Shown here piece after piece: positions 30,689-40,524 of a DNA stretch of 64,000 nucleotides (positions within the stretch are counted from its first letter, which is position 1; each line of letters begins with the position of its first letter). This DNA comes from an uncultured Gemmatimonadales bacterium (GTDB taxonomy: Bacteria > Gemmatimonadota > Gemmatimonadetes > Longimicrobiales > Gaopeijiaceae). The stretch is taken from positions 320,001 through 384,000 of the forward strand of contig CAWGKG010000010.1 of the NCBI GenBank assembly GCA_963823035.1. Direction: 5' to 3'. A program made the translations under genes and the position numbers. Under the pieces are notes generated by a model. It did no database searches. It had not been told where the DNA came from and saw nothing but the letters and a program-made list of their open reading frames with translations.

Positions 30689-31177
30689 ATGCTCGAAGCG
30701 ATCAAGAACTTCTTCCGCACCTCGATGTCTCCGCCGCCCGAAGCGGAGGAGCATGCGTCACGCAAGGATCTCAGGCTCGCCGCGTGCGCCCTCCTCCTGG
30801 AGCTGGCGCACGCGGACGACGAGTTCACGGAGGACGAGCGCCAGCACGTCGAGTCGGCCGTGCGCCGCCAGTTCGGCCTGGGGGCCGAGGAGGCCGAACG
30901 GCTGCTCAACCTCGCGGAGGAGGCGCGGACGAGCGCAGTGGATCTCTGGCAGTTCACCAACCTGATCGCGGAGAACTACTCGCTCGGCCAGAAGATGGTG
31001 CTCGCCGAGATCATGTGGGGCCTCGTCTACTCGGACGGCGAGCTGGCGAGCAAGGAGGACTATCTCATGCGCAAGATCAGCAACCTCCTGCGCCTGGAGG
31101 CGGGGTACCTCACGGAGGCGCGGAAGCGGGCGGAGGACCGTCAGCCGGATCCCGGACCCTACGAGGCCCTCGACTGA
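30689..31177 (+). CDS. TerB-family protein
   Basis: ALLLELAHADDEFTEDE, VYSDGELASKED. Confidence 0.85.
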   Translation: MLEAIKNFFRTSMSPPPEAEEHASRKDLRLAACALLLELAHADDEFTEDERQHVESAVRRQFGLGAEEAERLLNLAEEARTSAVDLWQFTNLIAENYSLGQKMVLAEIMWGLVYSDGELASKEDYLMRKISNLLRLEAGYLTEARKRAEDRQPDPGPYEALD

Positions 31178-31259
31178 GCCCTCGTCCCGGGGTCGACAAC
31201 CCCGTGGGCACACCGCATATTTCCGCGTCGTCGATCCCGGACCCTCAGCCGACCCAGCC

Positions 31260-31409
31260 ATGCGAGACCTCGTTCCCGGCGGATACCTCTTCACCCACAT
31301 GATCTTCTGGTCGGTCGTGGCCATGGTGGCCGTGGGTACGAACGCCGTCGCCATCATTCTGTCGATCGGGTTGGTGCTGCTGGCGCTGGAGTCCTTGGGC
31401 AAGGCCTGA
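31260..31409 (+). CDS. Small hydrophobic membrane protein (49 aa)
   Basis: MRDLVPGGYLFTHMIFWSVVAMVAVGTNAVAIILSIGLVLLALESLGKA; below ORF-track cutoff, GC3-rich codons. Confidence 0.55.
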   Translation: MRDLVPGGYLFTHMIFWSVVAMVAVGTNAVAIILSIGLVLLALESLGKA

Positions 31410-31480
31410 GGCGGGGGAACGCTTCGCGACATTCCAGGTAGTCGAAGGGGAGACCCACGACCCCCGAGGAGCACGAAGAG

Positions 31481-31723
31481 ATGCTGGTTCTGAAGATCCT
31501 CGTCGCCCTGGCTGCCGTCGGGCTCGGCATCTGGCTGGGCCTTCCCGGGAAGTACGATCAGACGCTCGACGACCTCGAGCGCAACATGGAGCTGGGGAGG
31601 GAGAGCCAGAAGGCCCAGCGGCACTTCACGCCGCTGGCCTGGGTCCAGAGGAAGGTGACCGCGCGCGGTCAGCGCCTCAAGCCCCGTCACGCCTTCCGCC
31701 TGGAGCGCCCCGAGGACCGTTGA
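31481..31723 (+). CDS. Small single-TM hypothetical protein
   Basis: Hydrophobic N-terminus, typical codon usage. Confidence 0.7.
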   Translation: MLVLKILVALAAVGLGIWLGLPGKYDQTLDDLERNMELGRESQKAQRHFTPLAWVQRKVTARGQRLKPRHAFRLERPEDR

Positions 31724-31747
31724 GGGCGGAGGGGGGAGCGACCCCCC

Positions 31748-33316
31748 TCAGTGGAAGAGCGAGTTCACGCCCACCAGCAGGACCCCGATGACGGCGCCGA
31801 GTACGTAGCCGAGCCGCACGATCAGCTTCAGCTCGCGGTCCGTCACCTTGCGCACGAGCTCCTCCAGCTTGACGGTGGGAAACTCCAGCACCTTCTCCTC
31901 GACGCGGCGGGCCACGTCCAGGCGCTGGACCACGTCGGGCACCTGCGTCTGCAGCCACTCCCACACAGGTTCGCTCAGCGCGCCCTCGATGCGGTCGGGC
32001 GCTCCCTCCGGCATCCACCGGGCCGGCATGCCGATCGGTCGCTCCAGGAGCATCGCCACCAGGCGGTGTGCGGCCTCCCGGTAGCCCTTGGCCGCCGCCT
32101 CGCTGCGGGCCGCCCCCACCAGCCATTCCGCCACCCGCTCGCGGGGTACCCGCTCCAGGACCTCCCCCCACGTGCGCGCGCCGATCTTCTCGAGCCCCTC
32201 GTGGAGCTTCTCGACGAGGAACTCGCGCGAGCCGGGGTCGCGGGCCATCCCCATCACCCAACCCGCGAGCGTCCCCCGCGCCTCGACGACGCTCGTGTCG
32301 TCGGCCTCGCCGAGCACGGAGGTCACCGGGCGCCGCAGGAAATCGACGACGGCCTCGTTGACGCCCTTCGCCATGGCGCTCTGGACCGCTTCGTCCCGCA
32401 GCAGCTCGGAGAGCCGTTCGGCGCCCTCGCGCTCGATGGTGTCCAGCACCTTGTCCACCGTGTCCTCGGTCACCACCAGGCGGGCCACCACGCGCTGGTG
32501 GAACTTGAGATCGCGCAGGAAGCGGTGGAGCAGCTCGTGGATCGTCGCCTCGAGCTTCGCTCGTGCGTTCCGGTCCTCGAGGAGCTTGCCCAGCCGTTCG
32601 ATCGCGAGCGGCAGATAGCTGGCGATCGCCTTCTCGAAGGAGCCCACCAGCCCGAGCGGGAGGATCTCCTCGAACGTGCGGCCCGGCACCAGCAGCCGGC
32701 GCGAGCCGCGCTCGAGGTAATCCTCCAGCGCTTGCCGGAAGTCCTCGCTCTCCACGGCGTTCTGGAGCCAGTCCTCCAGGGCGGCCTCGAGGGCGGCGCC
32801 GCGCGCGGGGGTGAGCACGCCGCGGATCGGCTCGTCGGCGATGGTCTTCACGAGGTCGTCGGCGCGGCGGTGCATCGACTCCTCGAAGCGCTCCGACTCG
32901 AGGTACTCCGCGAGGCGGACCAGCCCCATCTCCACCACCTCCTCGATCACCGGCTCCAGCTCCTCCAGGAGGGTGGGCGGGAGGAGGTCGCGCACGGAGC
33001 CGCGCTCGCGCTGGAGGATCTCCTCGACGAAGATCCCGAGCCGCTGGTCGAAGGCGCTGCGGAACTCGACGTTCGTGAACGTGTTCTCCAGGTCCTCCGG
33101 CGTGAGGAGTCGGTTGCCCACGGTGCGGCCGATGGCGGCCGCCAGCCGTGGCTGGTTCTTGGGCACCGCTCCCTGGAGGAAGCGGATGCGCCACGGGCCG
33201 ATCCGGGGTGCCTCGTAGGGATGGAAGAGCATCCAGATGGCGATGGTGTTCGTCACACCACCTGCCATGGCGCCCACGCCGATGGTGACCAGGGCGCGGA
33301 TGATGTCGTCGTTCAC
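31748..33316 (-). CDS. DUF445 family protein
   Basis: GGVTNTIAIWMLFHP, QGAVPKNQ, C-terminal ELKLIVRLGYVLGAVIG; GTG at 33316. Confidence 0.88.
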   Translation of the reverse strand: MNDDIIRALVTIGVGAMAGGVTNTIAIWMLFHPYEAPRIGPWRIRFLQGAVPKNQPRLAAAIGRTVGNRLLTPEDLENTFTNVEFRSAFDQRLGIFVEEILQRERGSVRDLLPPTLLEELEPVIEEVVEMGLVRLAEYLESERFEESMHRRADDLVKTIADEPIRGVLTPARGAALEAALEDWLQNAVESEDFRQALEDYLERGSRRLLVPGRTFEEILPLGLVGSFEKAIASYLPLAIERLGKLLEDRNARAKLEATIHELLHRFLRDLKFHQRVVARLVVTEDTVDKVLDTIEREGAERLSELLRDEAVQSAMAKGVNEAVVDFLRRPVTSVLGEADDTSVVEARGTLAGWVMGMARDPGSREFLVEKLHEGLEKIGARTWGEVLERVPRERVAEWLVGAARSEAAAKGYREAAHRLVAMLLERPIGMPARWMPEGAPDRIEGALSEPVWEWLQTQVPDVVQRLDVARRVEEKVLEFPTVKLEELVRKVTDRELKLIVRLGYVLGAVIGVLLVGVNSLFH

Positions 33317-34276
33317 GGGCGTGTGTGCCTGAAGAGTCCGCGCACGGGGTAGGCGGCGCCTTCCACCTGCAGGGTTCCGGAAACCAGGAAGAGCGCGTCC
33401 ACCGGGAGGAGGGGACCAGGACCGTCTCCCGCCTGGATCTGGGCCGACTGCACCTGGAGGACGCCCTCCACGTCGTCCTCCAGCGAGGTGATGGTCCACG
33501 ACACCGGCACGTCCTGGCGCGCCGGCTGGTAGGCGCGGACCTCCGCCCAGTCGATCGTCAGTGACGGCCACTGCAGGGTCGCGGAAATCGAGGCGCGCCC
33601 ACCCGCGGCAGGCTCCCGGTGTGCCGGGCGCGGCGGCGGAGGGGTTCTCGAGCACGACCTGGAGGGAGTCTCCCGAGACCAGGAACGCCCAGTCGCCCTC
33701 GGCGGACTCGTCGGAGCCGTGCACCCGCGCCATGTCGAGCGCCATGCCGCCCACGCGCCGATCCGAGATGTAGATCGCGGCGTCGATGAGCCGGTAGGTC
33801 TGACCCTGGACGCCGGTCCACTCGATGAGCGGGTCGCCCGACAGCTCGAGCTCGAGCTGTCGGGGGCCTTCGGAGAAGAGGATCTGCTCGATGGCGTCGC
33901 CCTCGCCGACCATGAGACGGAGGTTGCCGTGGGGGATGATCCGCCACGGCACGCGGGTCGGGGGCGTCGTCCACGACGCGTCGTAGAACGCATCCCACGC
34001 GGTGCCGCGCGCGAGCGAGCCCCGTGCGTGGCGGTCCACGCCGCCGGGCCGCGTCTGCGCGCTCATGAGCCATGGCACGAGGAACGTGCTGTCACCGGTG
34101 AGCGTCGTGAACACGAAGTTCCGTTCGTAGATGCGGCCCCGGAAGTTTCCGGGCGCGCTCTCCCCGCCCGCCGTCACGGCGTCGCGGGTGGGGGCGGGCT
34201 CGGAGGGGCCGCACCCGGTCAGGACGACCAGGGCGGCCAGGGCCAGGGCCGGGGCCGGAGGGGACGGGCGTTTCAT
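33313..34276 (-). CDS. Hypothetical lipoprotein (apparent indel ~33575)
   Basis: LTGC lipobox; C-terminus in ORF 33313..33993 (WPSLTIDW...GLFRHTRP); the 842-aa ORF is a spurious fusion with DUF445. Confidence 0.7.
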
Positions 34277-34303
34277 GACGGCCGGAAGGTAGCCCTCTGG
34301 GCG

Positions 34304-34681
34304 TCAGGAACTCCAGGTGGGGGCACGCGAAGCGTCTCCGATTCGGGTCCCCTCCGCGTCCAGCGCGGCGTCCAGGCGATCGACGAACGCGGCGAGCGTC
34401 CGGCGCCCCAGGCGCCCGTCGCCCTTCCCGTCGGTGGCGCGGGCCTCGAGCCCGACGCGCGTCTGGGCGTTCTCGTCGAGGCCGATGTCGATGCGCACCT
34501 CCATCTCCTTGCGTAGGAGCGCGCCGTCGCGTCGAGCCCGGATCACGCCCCGACCGTCGTCGGCCTCGACGATGTGCCAGCCCTCGATTCCTCCGTCGGC
34601 CAGGGCGAGCGCGGCCTTCCACACGCCGTCGAAGGGGATCGCGTAGGTGCGTCCCGGACTCGCGTCCTCCGGCGTGCTCAT
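34304..34681 (-). CDS. Hypothetical protein (DUF1499-like)
   Basis: RTYAIPFDGVW...GVIRA...KGD...LGRR pattern; coupled to upstream gene. Confidence 0.6.
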   Translation of the reverse strand: MSTPEDASPGRTYAIPFDGVWKAALALADGGIEGWHIVEADDGRGVIRARRDGALLRKEMEVRIDIGLDENAQTRVGLEARATDGKGDGRLGRRTLAAFVDRLDAALDAEGTRIGDASRAPTWSS

Positions 34682-35499
34682 CGCCCGCCCGTCGCCGGGC
34701 CGAGCGCGAAGCGGATCGTCACGGAGGCCGTGACGGTCTGGTCGGAGGCCTCGATGGGCGTGGGGGCGGCTTCGGCGCGCAACATCATGGCACCGGACAG
34801 GTTGGGACGGGACGGGGTGTCCGACGCGCCGCCGTGGACCTCCATGGCGGGCCCCAGCTGCCTGCCCAGCGCCTGTGCGATCGCTCCCGCCTGCGCGCGG
34901 GCCGCGCGCACCGCCGCGGTGAGCGCCGCCTGCCGGGCCGGCTCCGTGTCCGAGGCCTCGAACGAGAGCGAGGAGACGCGGTTGGCGCCGGCGCCGATGG
35001 CGGTGTCGATGACGCGGCCGACCGCGTTCACGTCGGGCACCGTGACCCGCACGTTGTTGATGGCCGTGTATCCGTCGATCACCCGGGTGCGGTTGTTGCC
35101 GTCCTGGGTCGGGTAGGCGTACTGCGGCTGCAGGTTGTAGCCGTACGTCTCGACCCGCAGCCCCTCGATGCGCGCGCCCTTCAGGGCCCGCACCACGGCG
35201 TCCATGACCGTGGCGTTGCGCGCGGCGGCGTCGCCGGCCGAGTCGGCGCGCGTCTCGACCGCGAAGGAGGCGTAGGCCATGTCGGGCGAGATCGTCGCGG
35301 TGCCGCTTCCCGACACCTCGATGAAGGGGGGCGCCTGTTGCGGCATCTCCTGGGGCCCCGATCGGGGGCCGGCCACCTCGTAGAGATAGGGATGGGCGCG
35401 TCCGTCGTCGCGTGGGGCAGGGGTCTGGGCTCCGGCCGGTCGGCCCCCGCAGGCGGAGAGCGCCAGGAGGAGGGTCGGAAGGCGACGGATGAGGTTCAT
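34678..35499 (-). CDS. SIMPL (DUF541) domain lipoprotein
   Basis: IEVSGSGTATISPDMA, AIGAGANRV, LSAC lipobox. Confidence 0.88.
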   Translation of the reverse strand: MNLIRRLPTLLLALSACGGRPAGAQTPAPRDDGRAHPYLYEVAGPRSGPQEMPQQAPPFIEVSGSGTATISPDMAYASFAVETRADSAGDAAARNATVMDAVVRALKGARIEGLRVETYGYNLQPQYAYPTQDGNNRTRVIDGYTAINNVRVTVPDVNAVGRVIDTAIGAGANRVSSLSFEASDTEPARQAALTAAVRAARAQAGAIAQALGRQLGPAMEVHGGASDTPSRPNLSGAMMLRAEAAPTPIEASDQTVTASVTIRFALGPATGGR

Positions 35500-35538
35500 G
35501 GGTACGTTCTCCGCTACGCTGTAGGGGGCTCGCCGCAG

Positions 35539-35568
35539 TTTACACCACATGGCGCTTTCGGGTATGTT
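35539..35568 (+). promoter_or_regulatory. Candidate sigma70 promoter
   Basis: TTTACA-18nt-TATGTT upstream of nucleotidyltransferase. Confidence 0.5.
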
Positions 35569-35607
35569 CCGCGCCCCAAAAGGGCGCAAACGCCAAACCC
35601 GAGCACG

Positions 35608-36606
35608 ATGAAAGCCATCATTCCTCTGGCCGGGAAGGGTACCCGCCTCCGGCCGCACACGCACCATACCCCGAAGCCCCTCCTCAAGGTCGCCGGAAAG
35701 CCGGTGCTGGGCTTCATCCTCGACGACCTCATCGCGGTGGGCGTCACCGAGATCGTCTTCATCGTCGGCCACCTGCGCGAGACCGTCCAGACGTGGATCG
35801 CGGAGGAGTACCCGGACCTGAAGGCGCACTACGTGGTGCAGGAGGTCCAGGACGGCACCGCGGGCGCCATCGCGCTCGCCGAGCCGTTCGTGGACGAGGA
35901 GGTGCTCATCGTCTTCGCGGACGCGGTGCTCGAGGTCGACTACACGAAGGTCCGCGACCTCGGTCCGGAGTACGCCGGGCTGATGTGGGCGAAGGAAGTG
36001 GAGGACTACCAGCGCTACGGGGTGATCGTGACCGGCGAGGACGGCACGATGGCCCGCATCGTCGAGAAGCCGAAGGAGCCGATCTCGAAGCTCGCCAACA
36101 TCGGCCTGTACTACATCCGCGACTGGAAGCTCCTCTACGAGGGCGTGCACGACGCGCTCTCCCGTGACCCGGGACCGGGGGGCGAGTTCTACCTCACGGA
36201 CGCCTTCCAGTACATGGTGGACCACGGCGCGAAGATCCTCACGGCCCCCGTGGAGGGGTGGTGGGACGCGGGGAAGCCGGAGACGCTGCTGGAGACCAAC
36301 CACCACCTGGTCGAGACGGGACGGGGCGGTGCGCACGCCTCGGCGGTGGTCGAGGACGCGGAGATCATCGAGCCCGTACGCTTCGAGGAGGACGTGGTGG
36401 TGAAGGGCGGCCGCATCGGGCCCAACGTCACGCTGGAGAAGGGCACCCGGGCGGAGCGCTGCGAGCTGCGGGACACCGTGGTGGGTCCGCACGCGACGCT
36501 GGTCGACGCCCGCCTGACCGACTCGCTCGTGGGTGGGCACGCCGTCATCCGCGGCGTGACGGGGTCGCTGCTGGTGACCGACCACTCGGTGGTCGAGGGG
36601 CGCTAG
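35608..36606 (+). CDS. Sugar-phosphate nucleotidyltransferase
   Basis: AGKGTRLRPHTHHTPKPLL, IVEKP, WWDAG; beta-helix-like C-terminus. Confidence 0.9.
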   Translation: MKAIIPLAGKGTRLRPHTHHTPKPLLKVAGKPVLGFILDDLIAVGVTEIVFIVGHLRETVQTWIAEEYPDLKAHYVVQEVQDGTAGAIALAEPFVDEEVLIVFADAVLEVDYTKVRDLGPEYAGLMWAKEVEDYQRYGVIVTGEDGTMARIVEKPKEPISKLANIGLYYIRDWKLLYEGVHDALSRDPGPGGEFYLTDAFQYMVDHGAKILTAPVEGWWDAGKPETLLETNHHLVETGRGGAHASAVVEDAEIIEPVRFEEDVVVKGGRIGPNVTLEKGTRAERCELRDTVVGPHATLVDARLTDSLVGGHAVIRGVTGSLLVTDHSVVEGR

Positions 36607-36632
36607 AAGCCGTCCAGTCGGCCCGGCGCCGT

Positions 36633-37857
36633 TCAGGAGGCCATGCCGGCGCTGAGCACCACGGTGTAGAGCGCCCGCGCGACCCCCTCCACACCGCGCA
36701 CGTTCCGATACCACTCGGCGGTGGTGTGCGCGCCGCCGGCTTCGCCGCCGCCGCCCAGCGTGACGGCGGGGATCCCCGCGGCCATGGCGGCGTTGGCGTC
36801 CGTCGACGAGAGCGCGAGGATCGGGTCCACCCCCACGGCCTCGGTGGCAAGGCGGGCCGCACGCACCAGGCCCGCGTCCGGGTCGGTGGTCCCTGCCGGC
36901 CGCACCCCGATGGTCTCGACGTGCGCCTCCAGCACGCCGCGCTCCGCGCCCGGGCGTTCTCCGCCGCGGTCGCGGCTCGCACCGCGTCCCGCACCGCCGC
37001 CTCGGTGCGCTCCAGGTGGTCGTCCGAGGCGCTCCGGCAGTCCACCTCCGCCCAGGCCTCCTGGGCGATGGCGTTGATGCTCGTGCCGCCGCCCCAGCGC
37101 GCGACGGTCAGCGTCGTGAGCGGGTCGGTAGGGAGGGGGAGGGCCACCATCGAGGCCACCGCCCTCCCCAGCGCGTGGATCGGGTTCGCCAGTCCCCAGT
37201 CGAGCCAGGAGTGCCCGCCCGGGCCCCCGCACGCGGAGGCGGAAGCGACGCGAGCCCAGGCCGTGCGCGACCACCCGGTCGAGGCCGGCCCCGTCGATCG
37301 AGATGAAGGCGGCCGCGCCGCGCCCCGCGCCCGACGGCCCCACGAGGTGCTTCGCGCCCCTGAGGTCGCCCACACCCTCCTCGCCGACCGTGGCCGCGAA
37401 GAGGATGGGCGCGCGGGTCGTGATCGCGCCCGCGTCGAGAGCCCGCGCGACGGCCAGGAGCACGGCCAGGCCGCGGCCGTCGTCGGAGATTCCCGGCGCC
37501 TCCATGAGGTCACCGTCGCGCCGGACCGCGATGGGGGTCTCGGCGGGGAAGACGGTGTCCAGGTGGGCGGACAGCACCACCGGAGCGGCCGCGGACGCGC
37601 CGGGGCGGAGCGCCAGCGACGTTGCCGATGGCATCCGTGCGCACGTCCGAGAGCCCGGCGCCGAGCAGGCGCCCCGCCATCGCGGCCGCACGGGCTTCTT
37701 CGGCGAACGGTGGGGCGGGCACCTCGGTGAGCGCGATCTGGTCGGCGAGCGTCTCCTCGTCGGTTGCCGCCGCGTGCGCGACTGCGGACGCGACGCGCGG
37801 GTCGTCCATCAGGCGAAGGGCGGACCGGTCGCCGAGCGGATCCCGGGGCGTGCTCAT
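36633..37857 (-). CDS. M20/M28 family metallopeptidase (apparent indels ~37620, ~37225, ~36960)
   Basis: PAPPFAE, SAHLDTVF, GISDD, VGEEG, GGHSW, STDAN, AHT motifs across frames. Confidence 0.82.
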
Positions 37858-37928
37858 CCACCACCGTAGTGGACGGAGGTCCGACATGACAGGGGCGCGT
37901 CGCGGCGGCTCCGCGGATCGCGCACCGG

Positions 37929-38540
37929 TCAGAAGTCGTTCGTGTAGCTGAGGACGGCGTAGCGCGCGTCCCGCTCCAGGATGGCGCCGAAGAGCCGTAG
38001 GGTGACAGGGGACTGCCCGTCGCGGCCGATGGTGACGACGCACTGCGTCCAAAGGCGGTTCGCGCCCTCGTCCGTGGGCTCCGGGTCGCAGGTGTACCCC
38101 CGATAGTCCAGCGCATGCCCGCCCAGTTCACGAAGCGCTCGGAGCACGCCCCGGCGGTTCCGCTCCTGTAGCTGGAACCAGGCCAGAGCCGGTGGCAGCT
38201 CGTAGGGCGGCCGCGCCACGCTCGAGGAGGGGAAGTACAGCCAGGCCCACTCGGCGCGGCCCACGGCAAGCGTCTCGAACGCGGAGGTGTCGCTCGCCGC
38301 GAGCGCGTCGACCACGCCTCGCACGAGACCGTCCCTCGTCGCGGCGCCGCTCTTCAGCGTCCGGGCCTCGGGGAGATCCGCGCGGAAGCGATCGAGCGCG
38401 ACGTCCATGGGAAGCACGCTGTCCACCACGACGCCCGCGGAAGGCTCCGCGGCCGCGAGGGAGTCGGAGGGCGGGGTGCGCCCCTCACACGCGATGAGCA
38501 GCGCGGGGAGCAGGAGGGCGAAGGCGGGATGTCGTCTCAT
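37929..38540 (-). CDS. Hypothetical lipoprotein
   Basis: LIAC lipobox; intact ORF. Confidence 0.75.
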   Translation of the reverse strand: MRRHPAFALLLPALLIACEGRTPPSDSLAAAEPSAGVVVDSVLPMDVALDRFRADLPEARTLKSGAATRDGLVRGVVDALAASDTSAFETLAVGRAEWAWLYFPSSSVARPPYELPPALAWFQLQERNRRGVLRALRELGGHALDYRGYTCDPEPTDEGANRLWTQCVVTIGRDGQSPVTLRLFGAILERDARYAVLSYTNDF

Positions 38541-38563
38541 GTCGGGTCTTCGAAGTGGAACGG

Positions 38564-38602
38564 CAGCGGCGGCTGGGCGATGACGCCACCCGGCCGCCGC
38601 TG
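38564..38602 (-). terminator. GC hairpin after lipoprotein gene
   Basis: CAGCGGCGGCTGGG...CCCGGCCGCCGCTG. Confidence 0.55.
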
Positions 38603-38618
38603 GGAACGTTCGCGATCT

Positions 38619-40322
38619 CTAGTTGCGCTTGAACTGCGTCCAGCCCTCGTACCACTTCGTCGCGGCGGACGGATCGATCGCGCCGACGTACGACGTGGCG
38701 GGCATGGCCCCGCCGAAGAAGTCCATCACCCGGGCCGCCAGCGGGGTGCCGGTGAAGTCCGCCAGACCGGCCGACTCGGCCGCTGCACCGCTCTTGAGCG
38801 CGAGGTTGAGGTTCGCGGCGGTGATGTCCGTGCCGCTGCCGGGCAGGGCGCCCGTGAAGACGTCGGCCATCGCGGCCTCGGTGACGTTCCACGCCGTGGC
38901 GCTGTCTCCGACCACGAAGCCGAACTTGCCGCTGGAGGCCGTTTCGAAGTTGTTCCCGTTCTCGACGAGGTAGACGTTGCGGATGTAGAGGGAGTCCGCG
39001 TCCATCAGCGCCTTCGTCTCGTCGTCGCGGATGCTGAAGCCGACACCCGGCCAGCGGGCGAGGATGCCGTTCACGAAGTTGGCCGCGCCGCCACGGCGGA
39101 CCACGGCGCCATTGCCGTCGGTGGTGGAGAAGACGCCCGTGCCGGGGCCGACGACCGTGAAGTTGGCCCACACCGGCATCGAGTACGGGGTGTTCGCGAA
39201 CGTGCATCCCGCCTTGTCGCTCTCGCACCCGTCACCCTCGAAGCCGCGCGGATCGCTGGACACCGTGCCCGTTCCGGGACGCGGCGCGAGCACCGAGGTC
39301 TGCAGCGCGATCAGGTACTGCGCGCGGCCCTGGAAGCCCTCGGTCCAGTCGAAGTGGTCGTCGCCCGTCTCGAAGGAGACGATGTGCCGGTAGTCGCCGG
39401 CGCCGCCAAAGGACTCGATTCCGTCGTCCAGCCCGGCCATGACCTCCACGTAGTCGAGCGTGGTGCCACGCCCAACGGCGTAGTTCGAGATGCTGTTGAG
39501 CTCCTGCCCGCTGCCGTTGGAGATGTCATAGCCGGCGAACTCGACACGGACGTACTTGAGGGAGCCCGAGCTGTCGTCGAAGTCCGTGCCGCCCGAGTAG
39601 TCTTCGGCGGCGCCGACAGGGCCCTCGGTGAAGATCGGGCTGGCGGTACGGTTGATGAGGCCGTTGCCGACCATGATGATCCCGCCCCAGTCACCGGGGG
39701 CGCGGTTGCCGGCGGTGCGCTGCGACGTGAAGACGATCGGCGCGTCCGCCGTGCCCTCCGCCATGATCCTGGAGCCGCGCAGGATCCAGAGCGAGCTACC
39801 GGGCACCAGCGTGTCACCGACGACCGTCGTGCCCGCCTCGACCGTGAGCGTCGCGCCGTTGCTGACCTTCACGTAGCCCTGCAGCACGTAGGTCGTATCG
39901 GCGAAGAACGTACGGCTGAGCGGAATGCCGGTCACCGTGGCGACCTTCGGGCCTTCCTGTGCCTCCTGGTCCGTCGTGGCCGAAACCGGGGAGCTGTCGC
40001 CGCTCTTGCCGTCCGCGTTCGCGGCGCGCACGACGTAGCTGTACTGCGTCGCCGGCGTGAGCCCCGTGTCCTCGAAGAACGTCGAGTTGAGGTTCGACGC
40101 GACGTTGGACCCGTCCCGGTCGACCTCATAGCTGGTAGCCCCACCCACCTGGTTCCAGGCGACCGTGATCGAGGTCGTTCCCGAGGCGGATGCGTTCACG
40201 CCGGTGGGGGCGGCCGGCGGCTCGGGGGTCACTGTCGGCGAGTCGCTGCTGCACGCCGCCATGGACACGCCCACGAGGGCGGCGGCGGCGAGCGGGAGGA
40301 GTCTGCGAGCGTTGGATCTCAT
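38619..40322 (-). CDS. Lipoprotein with fibronectin-III domain and beta-helix-like domain
   Basis: MAAC lipobox; Fn3 (ITVAW...SYEV...LTPATQYSYVVRA); PIVFTS, PGDWGG, SGSLKYVRVEFAG, DDGIESFGG. Confidence 0.82.
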   Translation of the reverse strand: MRSNARRLLPLAAAALVGVSMAACSSDSPTVTPEPPAAPTGVNASASGTTSITVAWNQVGGATSYEVDRDGSNVASNLNSTFFEDTGLTPATQYSYVVRAANADGKSGDSSPVSATTDQEAQEGPKVATVTGIPLSRTFFADTTYVLQGYVKVSNGATLTVEAGTTVVGDTLVPGSSLWILRGSRIMAEGTADAPIVFTSQRTAGNRAPGDWGGIIMVGNGLINRTASPIFTEGPVGAAEDYSGGTDFDDSSGSLKYVRVEFAGYDISNGSGQELNSISNYAVGRGTTLDYVEVMAGLDDGIESFGGAGDYRHIVSFETGDDHFDWTEGFQGRAQYLIALQTSVLAPRPGTGTVSSDPRGFEGDGCESDKAGCTFANTPYSMPVWANFTVVGPGTGVFSTTDGNGAVVRRGGAANFVNGILARWPGVGFSIRDDETKALMDADSLYIRNVYLVENGNNFETASSGKFGFVVGDSATAWNVTEAAMADVFTGALPGSGTDITAANLNLALKSGAAAESAGLADFTGTPLAARVMDFFGGAMPATSYVGAIDPSAATKWYEGWTQFKRN

Positions 40323-40401
40323 CGAACGTGTTCTCCGTGTTACGGTGCGGTGCCTCGAACGGCATAGACACCCGAACATGGAGCGCCCGTGTGTGGTCCT
40401 G

Positions 40402-40428
40402 GCGACCGAGTGGTAACGATGTCGTCAC
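40402..40428 (-). promoter_or_regulatory. Putative Pho box (three 11-bp units)
   Basis: Minus strand GTGAC-N6-GTTAC-N6-GTCGC upstream of the 40322 gene. Confidence 0.62.
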
Positions 40429-40457
40429 GCGGCGCGGGTGGATCGGCTCTGAACGCG

Positions 40458-40492
40458 GAGCGCCCCCGACGAGGACTCCGTCGGGGGCGCTC
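40458..40492 (-). terminator. Hairpin after TonB-dependent receptor
   Basis: GAGCGCCCCCGACG-7nt-CGTCGGGGGCGCTC perfect 14-bp stem. Confidence 0.65.
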
Positions 40493-40524
40493 GGTGCGTC
40501 CGGACGAGGACGGCAGAGGCTTTC

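Noticed and set aside
30689..31177. terB plus macrodomain plus OLD as a defence island
   Set aside because: Genes are dispersed among housekeeping loci with no integrase, partner genes or visible composition shift
31748..34276. 842-aa lipoprotein-DUF445 fusion
   Set aside because: Created by an indel near 33575; the proper C-terminus is in another frame and DUF445 has its own GTG at 33316
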